NCBI GenBank assembly: GCA_001244265.2
Contig: CDLV01000010.1
Coordinates: 124,001-188,000, forward strand
Source of the DNA: Microbotryum violaceum
Taxonomy: Eukaryota
Direction: 5' to 3'
Length of the DNA: 64,000 nt
Shown here one piece after another: positions 54,232 through 64,000 of the stretch. Numbering within the stretch: the first letter of the stretch is position 1; each line of letters starts with the position of its first letter. Made by a program: the position numbers and the translations under genes. The notes beneath the pieces are model-generated. The model saw only the letters and a list, made by a program, of their open reading frames with translations, made no database searches and had not been told where the DNA came from.

Positions 54232-55883
54232 ATGTCCAAGACTTTGGTCCCTAGTGTCAGCTTCAGTGGTCTGTACGGTCTCGTGTCGTCACCTCTCAAA
54301 GGTGGCAATCAGCATGGATCCTCCACGCCCAGTGGCCTCAAGCCGATCGCACCGCACGTTCCAACGCGAACCAATTCCAGCGAAAATAGTACGACCGACC
54401 TCCCCTTAATCGACCAGCAACGCCAACATCATCATCAACAACAACAACAACAACAATACTATCACCACTCAAACCAAGTCGTCGCCTCGCGTCACCCATC
54501 GCAATACAGCGCCGTCAGCGCGAGTGTTCCGGAAGCCCAACTGCAACTCTCGACCGAGTGTCCGTCGTGCGCGCACCCGGTCGTCCTCAAAGTACCCAGT
54601 GCCCTTCTCGCAGCAGCCAATGTCGGGCACCACAACCGATTGGGAATCGAACAATATGACGACCCACGATATTTACAGCAACAGGTCGATCATCGTGGTG
54701 GTCGACAGCTTACGGAAAAGGAGAGGAGAGAGCAATGGCGAGCCGGTGTTGTCGGTGGCGCCGTACGAGCGGCGAAGGCGTTCAAGGAATCGAGGGTGAG
54801 TGCGATATTGGAGAATCTGGTATCCCTAGAATTCTATGGACTTTCGAAGCTGACGTCTCGGATCGGAAAACCCTGATCATGCAGTTCCCCGAGTTACTCT
54901 GGCGCCTGTTCCAATTCTGCGTTGGCATCATCCTATGGCTCGACATGACCTTCCACCTGCGTCAGCGAATCATGGTCGTCGTATGGGTCGTACTCGAGGA
55001 CCTCGTCAAGATCGAACGCGAGGTGGGAATACTCAGAAACTCGGGCGAGGCGATCAGTGTGCTTTGGTGAGTGAATCATCTTTCGTATCGGCCGGCGAAA
55101 ATTCGCTCGAGCTGACAATTCTCTTCAATTTTCAGGGAGGCGGCTGTTAAAGGAACGATCGGTGAGTCAGAAGAGCTCAGCACTAAATTCAAAGAGTTTT
55201 AGTACTGAACAGGATGCCGCAAATTCTTTCCCACAGCCCTCGCCAAGTCCGAAGATGGACCTTCTACTGCGCCCGCGCCTTCATCAATGCACCATTCCGC
55301 ATCCCCTTACGGTGGTCCAAGCACCATGGGAATGTACCCCTTCCCTACAATGGATCACCATGGACATGATCAACCTCCTCACTCCTATCCCTGCTCTCCT
55401 ACTCTCCAACCCCACCCACAACAAAGAGCAGGCACCGCTTCCCCTTCCGCTTATGCCCAACCTTCATTCGCTTACACATCGGAAGAAGACGATATCTCTA
55501 CAATGGGTGATCTCGTCGATTCTTCATCCGACCAAGAATTGACCCCTCAAAAATCGTCCAACGTACACTTACAAAGTACGACGCCAAGAAAATCGGGAAG
55601 GACTTTAAGACGTACGGCTTATTCGACACCTTCGTTGAAAGAATTCGCTTTAGGTATCGACGCATCCGTAGAAGGTGGTTCAAGATCCGGTATCTCCACC
55701 CCCGGCGCGACCCACGCCAGTGTGGAAGATTACTACTTGGATGGTTTGGCAACCCCTCGATCGACGATGGTTCGAAAAAGGAGTCGAAGTGGTCCGGAGG
55801 AGAAACCAAGGAGGGAAGCCAGGGGTTGGGCAGAGACGCTTGCGGGCGCCGTATCGAGTCGAATTATACGACCTTCGGCTTGA
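54232..55883 (+). CDS. Hypothetical protein with polyQ tract, CxxC and a hydrophobic central segment, multi-exon
   Basis: MSKTLVPSVS start, (CAA)n polyQ, CPSC, hydrophobic exon FPELLWRLFQFCVGIILWLDMTF, canonical introns, long final ORF ending at 55883. Confidence 0.65.
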
Positions 55884-56752
55884 AAAGTGTGTGTGTGTGC
55901 AGTGTAGAACTCTTTAGTTATTTTCATACCTGTGTTTGTTATGAATTGAATAGACCCTTGTTCAGATCTGGTCTCAGAGGGATCCTCGCGTGCAGTTGTC
56001 ACAGAGAAAGCGGGGCAGAGAAGTATGTTTTGAGGGGTTTCTAAACGTCCAAAGTCGATTACATCGTCAGAAGGCAAAGCATCCAGAAAGCCGAAGAAAG
56101 CAAAGACCTAAATTGAGGAGGAAACCGTAGAAACGGAATTTGGAAACGGTGAGCTAAACCCAAAAAAACAAAAGAAAGACTTAGCCCTCCGTCCAAAACT
56201 CGCGTTCCTCGCATCCCTCAAGTCGCTTCCCTTCATCCTTGCGTATCCTTCGAATGGTAATCGATTTTTAATTGTACTTGGCTTTGGTTGTTGTAAGAAA
56301 AACCCCTCCGTCCGACCACCGTTTACCGGCAGGAAAGAGGTTGTTTTGGGGGTGAAAAAAATGGCGGATGTGATGAGATGATGGAGTGTCAAAATGGTTG
56401 ATGTCGAACCGTGTCGAACGGGGGGGAGAAAGGTTCGTTTCTGGGTGGAAGGAGGAAGGACGAAACAGACGAGAGATCGCCTCCGCGCACTATCGACGAT
56501 GTCGGACGTATGAAGGGGGGAACTGGGCGCAGGCAGGGAATCTTCGTTCGAGTTTGTACTTCGACAATCCGTCAAGAAACGAGGATGTTCGACACTTTTT
56601 AGGTGGTGGTTGGAGAGGTAGAAAGATCGACGTAGATGAGGGGTGAAGGCGGCAAGGTGAAGAGTTGAGAGGTTATAGGGGGAGAATGCAGGAAGAAAAT
56701 GTCGAGGATGGGGGTTGAAGAACAACCAGTATATCGCAAGGATACTCGATGT

Positions 56753-57789
56753 TTACAAACGACGACCGCGACGACCACCCTTTCTCCTGGTCGAGTCGGT
56801 CGGGACGGGGGTGACGTCCTCGATCCTACCGATCCTCATGCCGGCACGGGCCAAGGCGCGGAGGGCGGACTGGGCACCGGGGCCGGGGGTTTTGGTTCCG
56901 ACACCACCGGTCGCACGGATCTTGATGTGCAAGGCCGTGATGCCGATCTCGCGGCAACGGACGGCGACGTCCTGCGCGGCCAACATGGCGGCGTAGGGGG
57001 ACGACTCGTCACGATCGGCCTTGACCTTCATACCACCTGTGAGAGACAAGGGGTGCTGCGTCAGTCGTGTTTTTTGCAATTACGATCCTCGACTTGATCG
57101 GATCGCCGGCTTCGATGGGGCAGTCGTGTATCGCGATGCAGCAGCTCGGCTCAAAATTCCGGCTGCTCCCTCCGCAGGCAGGCAAGCGCGTAAGGCCAAG
57201 ATGGCCTCTGCACGGGCTGGCTGGCTGACTGGGGACGGGGAACAGAGTACGACAACTGACCAGTGACACGAGCGATGGTTTCCTTGCCCGAAAGATCGGT
57301 GACATGGACGAAAGTGTCGTTGAACGAGGCTGTTGGTTCATAGGTTGAGCAGGGCGTAGGCGACACGGGTTACGGGTTACGGGTTACGGGTTACGGGTTA
57401 CGGGTTACGGGGACAGTAGGCACGAGCGAGCACAGGCAGAGGACGCATTCAGGGCGGGGGAGAGGAGCGTCAGCTTGGAGCTCTGTAGACGCTAGCACGT
57501 GGTGGTATTGTTGTGACTGACCAAAGATGTGCGCAACACCGAAGCAAAGCTCACCCTCCTTGAGGTTGGGGCCCAACGAGGTCTACGGGATGACGAGCGT
57601 AGCACCGTACGGCCGCGAGCGAGAACGAGGCGAGGAAAAAAAGCCCATAGGCGGGAGAGAGGGGGAGCGGTCAGCTCGCAGCTCGCGTTACGGGGTTCCC
57701 GGAAAGAGATCCTCGTCCTTCCATGTGTTTCAGCAACAACGTACGGTGGCGGTCTCTCCAGCGGGCTTGGCGGCTTTCTTGGGGGCCAT
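56753..57789 (-). CDS. RPS14: 40S ribosomal protein uS11 (S14), multi-exon
   Basis: [66 protein letters not shown]...[25 protein letters not shown]. Confidence 0.98.
57365..57411. repeat. Heptamer tandem repeat (ACGGGTT) x 6 plus a partial unit, inside an RPS14 intron
   Basis: Read directly from the sequence. Confidence 0.95.
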
Positions 57790-58777
57790 CGTGTAGTAAG
57801 TTGTCGTGAACGGGGGTGAAAGCGAAGGCGCGCGAAATGGAGTCCTGGGCTGGCAGCGCGCGGGATACGGCGCGCGGGAATTGAGCATTACCACCACGGG
57901 CACCTCCGCAAAGGGACAGTTGCTAATTCCTAATCGAATCGCAGGACAGGACCCCCGAAAGCCCGGGGCGGTACCGGTGCTAGGGGGTAGCACAATGGTG
58001 CAATGGCGCCAATGGCCCTGAGTTGAGATGAAAAACTAAGTGGTGTTTGGAACTGTTAAAACAAGATTACACAATGAACAAATTTCCGGTTAGACCACGT
58101 TTGCAGAAAATAGAATACCAAGAGTATAGTATTCCTAAGCAACGTGTCGCGTCTAGAAAAAAGGAAAAAGTTGGTGCAGGCTGGCCTTGGCTGGCGTCTG
58201 CTAGTCTGCTGGCGTGGGCTGGCTGACACGCGGGGCGGGCCGGAGCGTGTCGTCCCTTCTTCTGTTTCTTGGGTTTTGTGCGATGCATTGCACGCAACAA
58301 CACGCAGCTGTCACTCTCATTCTGGAACAACCTCAACATCAAGTCAGGGCAGTGGGATCGGTTCCAGTCGCGACACTCCCGACAGTGCAACCCATCAGTT
58401 GTTCAAGCTCGATGCGTGGCAGCCTAGTGTGATGATGAACCTTCGATCCTGTTCGATTTCGGGCTGACCTGTGGGTATTCTCCCTCGCAGTTTCCCCCTG
58501 CAAAAACGTACACCGTGAGTTGCGTAGACCTGTGTCTTGTCCGTGGACCGCACATAGTCTTACGCATATCAATGGCTATCAACTCCAGACACAGCTGACT
58601 CTCAGCTTTGCGCAAGCATCCAGTTCAAGTTCGGTTTCAGCTTCGAAGCCTTCGTTTGCCGTGCCTTCTGGATCCGGTGCCTCGCACTCGACCGACCCTA
58701 GTCTGCCCTCTATGCCGGCATCGGCGAGCTCGGCGGTCCCCAGCGGCCCCGAGTCTGTTGACTCAATTCCAGAGTCA

Positions 58778-58832
58778 GTCAACCCCGAGTGAATCGTTTG
58801 TCAACCCCGAGTGAATCGTTTGTCAACCCCGA
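58778..58832. repeat. Tandem repeat, 22-bp unit gtcaaccccgagtgaatcgttt x 2.5
   Basis: Read directly from the sequence. Confidence 0.9.
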
Positions 58833-59034
58833 CTCACACGCCCCCAGACTACTCCTCTCGGCGAACCAATCATCGATGCCGATGAGATTTTGTGTGATGG
58901 GGGGAGGGGGTGATCCGTTCGATGGCGATGAGGACGACGGGGTCGCCTCCGCCAAGGGCGAAGGCCGGTGGGAACATGCTGAGTGGCTTACAGAACTCTA
59001 CAATTCCAAACGCGAGATGATCAGAGCCGCTAAC

Positions 59035-60125
59035 GGATCCGTCGTTTTTTTATTGGGATCCGCTACTGTTGATGGGTCAGCCAGAAGATGTACCGGCCGA
59101 AATCGGATTAAAGTGCGATAGCTGCCAGCAAACGGAATCGACTGTGAAAAAATGCGTCTTACGGCGATCTTACGGCGAGACGACTTTATCGATCGGCCTC
59201 GCCGGGCGTACGACCTCAACAACTCAGTGTTCCTCATCGGCGTCTCATATCGACGCAACAACAAGAAATGCATCAAGAAGTATTGGTCTTGGTTGCCCGA
59301 GGTACTCAATCAACTGTCATCCATGCTTCGTTCGATGTTCCCTTTCTACCTTTCACATCGCTGTGCGACCACCTCAATCGTCTGGAATAACATGCGTGCA
59401 GTTCTCCAACGCGGCTTCGGATCGAAGCAATACGCGCACGTCTTGGTCACAGCTCATCGTACAGCTCATGACCGGCTCGAGTTGGACTATCGCTTGACAA
59501 TCGAGTCGCGTTCGCAACTGCCCGCATGTTATTCCAGACGACTGAGACGACTGAGGTGAATGCGCAGCGATGTGAAAGGTAGAACGGGAACATCGAACGA
59601 AGCATGGATGACAGTTGATTGAGTACCTCGGGCGACCAAGACCAATACTTCTTGTTGCATTTCTTGTTGTTGCGTCGATATGAGACGCCGATGAGGAACA
59701 CTGAGTTGTTGAGGTCGCATGCCCGGCAAAGCCGATCGTGAAGCCATTTCGCTGTAAAACGCCTTTTTTCAGAGTCGATTCCGTTTGCTGGTATCACCAA
59801 GGACAAAGATAGGAGGGATGAGCCGGACGAAGGGGCGAGGGACGAGGAAAAGTCGAGAGATGTTCTAGGGACTTCTCAAGAGAGACGAGGACGAGGGACG
59901 ATTGCAAAGATGTGACCTTTGACGAGATTTGAGTTGTAGAAGAGAAAGAGAGACTAGAGACTACGACCAAGCGGATATCCAAGGAACGAATGAATGGACA
60001 AGGGTGTCCGCATCCATCGTTCATGACAGCGGGCAGCTATCGCACTTCAGTCCGATTCCGGCCGGTATATCTTCTGGTGGTTGACCCATCAACAGCAGCG
60101 GATCCCGATAAAAAAATGAAGGATC
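59035..60125. mobile_element. Fold-back of two inverted copies of a degenerate TE-type coding fragment (possibly DUF6729-like)
   Basis: 59035-59400 is mirrored by 59515-59791 plus 60029-60125. Both strands encode DLNNSVFLIGVSYRRNNKKC.KKYWSW.PEVLNQLSSMLRSMFPFYLSHRC. The family assignment is from recollection and tentative. Confidence 0.7.
59792..60028. mobile_element. Solo LTR (237 bp) inserted in the right arm of the fold-back
   Basis: Termini tatca (one change from TGTCA) and tgaca; 5-bp target duplication gctgg/gcggg; absent from the left arm at the homologous position. Confidence 0.75.
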
Positions 60126-60242
60126 GAAGATCTGGATCTTATTGCGAGAGCGTCGAGTGTCGTAATATCGAGCCCACACAGTATTGGTCGGAAGCCAAGC
60201 ATGCAGCAATTGGTGGAACGGCTTGGTGGAACGATTCATGCG

Positions 60243-61125
60243 TGAGCTATCACTTGACATGACTTTGCAGTCTTAGGTATGACGGAAACTGATATAAAAA
60301 CAGGAATTGGTGGAAGCACCGCGTGCAGCCGTGCTCCAAGAACGATAGACAGGATCAAGTAGTGTAATTCACGTCTAGAGCCTCGGGTCAGTGAGCTGGC
60401 AATACTACACATAGTTGGATAACTTGCGCGCGCCTAGAACCTCCCTCGGCTTTCGCCAGCTCACGAACCCGAGGTTCTAGGTGGGTGCCCCTTTTCTCAT
60501 ATGTGTAGTATAACCAGCTCACTGAACCGAGGTTCTAGACGTGAATTACTACTACTTGATCCTGTCTATCGTTCTTGGAGCACGAATGCTCGCGAAGGAA
60601 CCTACAACGGCAGGAAAGTCGGAAAATCTTACGCTACGCCGCTGCCCGTCAACGTTGACGGCCATGCTGAGCTGTGCACACACCATCCCAAGGGTGGGGG
60701 ACGTATGTGCAGTCGTATGCTCACGGGCATGAATCATTCCGCTCTATTTTCCCGTGGCCTTTGACTTCCACGCTCTGCCTTGTATTGAGCACACGACTGC
60801 ACATACGTCCCCCACCCTTGGGATGGTGTGTGCGTACAGCTCAGCATGGCCGTCAACGTTGACGGGCAGCGGCGTAGCGTAAGCAGGTGAGTCGTCCACC
60901 GAGTCCGAGTCCTTTTCCGACTTTCCTGCCGGTGTAGGTCCTTCGCGAGCATTTTCGTAGCACGTGTGATATTTGCTGGCATCAATGTCGTTTTCCCGGG
61001 CAGGCCACAGTGGGTGCCCCCCCTTTTCGGGGATAGAGTCACCTGTCACTGACGTCCAGCGTTTGTTTTTCATATTAGTTTCCGTCATGCCTAAGACTGC
61101 AAAACCATGTCAAGGGATAACTCAC
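60243..61125. repeat. Second fold-back with nested inverted arms
   Basis: Outer arms about 60245-60302 and 61064-61123; inner arms about 60585-60723 and 60786-60953, separated by a spacer of about 60 bp. Confidence 0.85.
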
Positions 61126-61511
61126 CCATGCAGTGTCACCAGCTGATGATGAAGATAAACAACGAGGGTTGATATTCAAAGAAGACGTGTTGAAGGGAAT
61201 TGCTGCTTGGTAGTTTTCCATTGGCTCCTCAACAATCCCACACCAAGAGCACAGTTCATAAAGTTACTTACTATAATCCGTAGCTTTGCTGCATGCGGCA
61301 GCCATTTCTTGACAAGTCCCGTATTCGTTGCAGAGCTACCACGACGACGCTTCGGCTGTCGCGAGCTCGAGATGGCGATGGGACGAGGTACGATGGGCAA
61401 GGTGTGTAAAGCAGGATGCAATAGAGGTCACCCGGGTCAGCTGCACGGATGAGGGAGAAAGATGGAGAAGGCTGCGCCTCAATTTAAACCGGGCTCGTAG
61501 AACGTCGCGGA

Positions 61512-61777
61512 AGGACGCCTAAAAGCCCAGCCTGAGGCGTGTAGGTAAAATCCGCCAAAATAGCGGATTTTGGACCTCATTTGTCCACCTTTTTGGGGTG
61601 TTTTCGCCCAAAAATGTCCTCAAAATGACCAGTCCATCTCTGGTGGTCCAAAAAAGCTCTCGGATTGCTTCAAATGCTCTAAAAACATCTCCAAAAATCG
61701 TGATTTTGGCCCCATCTGAGGCCCAAAATTTGTCCAGTCGGGCACTACGCGCCTCAGGCTGGGCTTTCGGCGGTCCT
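61512..61777. mobile_element. MITE-like element with about 30-bp terminal inverted repeats
   Basis: aggacgcctaaaagcccagcctgaggcgtgtag versus ctacgcgcctcaggctgggctttcggcggtcct; non-coding interior rich in A4/T4 runs; 'ga' on both flanks. Confidence 0.75.
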
Positions 61778-61901
61778 GACACACCGGCCTGCACCAGCCT
61801 GCACCGGCTGCGAAGCTCGATCACGTTCAAGCTCTCGTTGGCTCGTTGGCTCTCGGCTCGGCTTCACACTTTCAACTTCACACTGCATCCGCTCTTACAC
61901 G

Positions 61902-62591
61902 ATGGGTCGAGTCAGGAGATCACGAACGCATTCTAATCCGTGAGCAAAATATTGCTCGATCACCGAAACTATACACCCATCTGACACCCCTTCTGCCCCA
62001 CTCCGTCACCGCTGAACCCGAACCCCTTTGCACCACCGTCGGACGACGATCACCTTGCCCAACCCACGAATTCCCTTCCTCAATCGGCCCGTTCTACGAC
62101 AACTCGAAATTAATCCCTACAGTAAAAAGAATCAGGCCCCGGGCCAAAAAACACGCCGGTACACGCGCGACCTGGACCAAATCCACAATGACATGAAGGA
62201 CGGCGGCAAGGCCAAGATGATCGATACGATGCAGCACAAGGATCTCGAGGATCTTCCCGGTGAGCTGCGATAAGGGATTGAAGCGTTCGAGCTTCGACTA
62301 ATTATTATTCGACCCTCAGGCATGGCTCAACATCATTGCCTTTCGTGCGCAAGGTATTTCGCCGATGCGGTCTCGCTCGCGACGCACAAGACGTCCAAAC
62401 CCCACAAGAGACGACTCAAGAAACTACAAAAGGAGCCTTACACCATCGAAGAATCACGACGAGCGGCTGGGCTCGGTGTCGACAAGGGAGCTTTCACCAA
62501 GAGGAGAGAAGAAGCGGAGGCTGCTCAGGCCGCTCCAACCTCTGGGGTGGCGACGGCTGTGGGTGCTGGGACCAAGGAAATGCAGGAGTGA
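61902..62591 (+). CDS. BUD20: C2H2 zinc-finger pre-60S ribosome biogenesis factor Bud20/ZNF593
   Basis: [44 protein letters not shown]...[31 protein letters not shown]. Confidence 0.92.
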
Positions 62592-62693
62592 TGTGACGAT
62601 CCTCATCTTTTCTGTATTTCCGGTTGTACGATCTCGTGTTTTGTAACCACCACCGCAGTCTCTGTCCTCTCTCTTGATTCCGAGTTCGAGCGT

Positions 62694-62729
62694 GAGCTCG
62701 AGCTCGAGCTCGAGCTCGAGCTCGAGCTC
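62694..62729. repeat. (GAGCTC) x 6 palindromic microsatellite between convergent genes
   Basis: Read directly from the sequence. Confidence 0.9.
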
Positions 62730-62772
62730 AAGAAACGGTAAGATTCTGCATTCATGCCAGTTCGTTACCACA

Positions 62773-64000
62773 TCAAGCCGCCACCGTCCATAAATTCCTC
62801 GCACTCCACACCATCTTCCCATCCGCACCCTTGACTTTCCTCACAAACTTCATCACCAACGCATCCCTCTTCTTCTTGTCCCCCAAATCATCGATAAAAG
62901 GGATCAGATCGTCGGCGAACCATTTCGGTCGGAGGGTGAAGAGCTCGGAAAAGCGCGTTGCGGGATCGGCGGAGAGGTGGGAGATGGGAAGGTAGGTAAT
63001 GGAAGGTGGGATTGCGTTGGGAGAAATGATGGAGGTGTTCTACGGGGTGAGGGGTTGAGTTGGGATGGGATTCCACTTTGAGATGAGCCGGTCTGGCACC
63101 GTGGTAGAAAGGACTTACGGTCAGGAGTGTAGGCGTGCAGAGAGATTCAAATTGATGGCATAAACTCTTCCATTTGCCAAGGAATGTATCCAGTCGTTGT
63201 CCGCCGTACTGTACAAATAATCGAGAACCCCTCAGCGTCAGAAAGCCGATTGATGGAAGAATTTTCCATCAACTGCAACTCACCCCTCCCTGAGCCAGTA
63301 ACACGATCCCGACTTCCCTAACCACCTCCTTCACCCTCAACACTGACCATCCACTCTTCTCCGCTGGTGTAGAGAACCAGTCCAAGACCTGTCTCGCCGC
63401 TTCGGTTCGACAATCACCCGCGGCGTCGAACGCTTCGAGCAATTCTTCGTCTTCGGCTTCGATGGTAATTGCCGACGTCGAGGTCGGGTCGAGGTACTTG
63501 GGCAGAGGGAGGGCTTGAAGGAGTGCTGGGAGTAGAGTTAATAGATAGGAGGTAGGGATGGACCGTAGGTGTGTGTCGAGGGTGACGATGCGTTGACGTG
63601 TGAGCGCGAGTCTGATCTCGGCGTCGGAAGCGGGCAAGAGAGAGCCTAACTCGCCGAACGTGTAGAGTTTCTATTCCGGGCGTCCAAATACGTGTCAGCA
63701 TTTCCAACAGCTTCGGTATTATTGCTCATGCACACACCTTGTTGACGGTTCCCTCCCTCTGTCGATCCTGCTCGCCATCCTCGCCTCTGTACTCGCTCCC
63801 CTTGACCAACTCCTTGAGCCTCTCCGTCTTGGCGACCGCCGGAACCAATTCCAACGTCTCATGCAACACCGTCTCGATCAAAATCTCCCCCTTCCCCTTC
63901 CTCTTCTTCCTCTTAGGTCCTTCCTCTTCCACCTCTCGATCGGATCCTAAATTCCCTTCCTGATCACTCCCCTCTTCTTCGTCCAACTCGAACCAACCCT
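62773..64000 (-). CDS. DCC1: Sister chromatid cohesion protein Dcc1 (Ctf18-RFC subunit), 3' part; 5' end lies outside the window
   Basis: LHETLELVPAVAKTERLKELVKGSEY, PASDAEIRLAL, and C-terminal LSADPATRFSELFTLRPKWFADDLIPFIDDL...RDALVMKFVRK...WTVAA-stop. Confidence 0.82.

Noticed and set aside
56108..56725. 205-aa minus-strand ORF downstream of RPS14, or an intronic snoRNA in RPS14
   Set aside because: Low-complexity pyrimidine-rich 3' region without coding features; no C/D or H/ACA box pair was identified in the intron inspected.
58778..58832. 22-bp repeats as a CRISPR-like array
   Set aside because: Units are directly tandem with no spacers, the context is eukaryotic and there are no cas genes.

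Overview
Intron-rich eukaryotic DNA from a basidiomycete fungus. Pucciniomycotina/Microbotryomycetes-like is an inference from the short GT(GC)-AG introns with CTGAC-type branch sites and from the gene and TE content. Spliced genes: a CYP86/CYP704-like cytochrome P450, a Sec7+PH Arf-GEF, a UFD4/TRIP12-like HECT ligase, a GH13 alpha-glucosidase, three secreted M43 metalloproteases, an MMT1/2-like cation-diffusion facilitator, SEC6, QNS1, NUP84/107, HUS1, a hypothetical membrane protein, RPS14, BUD20 and the 3' part of DCC1. Intergenic blocks hold TE debris: an internally deleted Helitron whose ends can be placed using an empty paralogous site in the same window, a copia fragment, a solo LTR, a MITE and three long fold-back (inverted-repeat) structures. 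Notable gene-structure oddities are a start codon split by an intron (QNS1), a zinc-binding motif assembled from 6- and 17-nt micro-exons, a candidate 1-nt intron slide between paralogs and several GC-AG introns. CDS coordinates are gene spans including introns, read by eye; no database searches were run. No tRNA, rRNA or CRISPR features were found.
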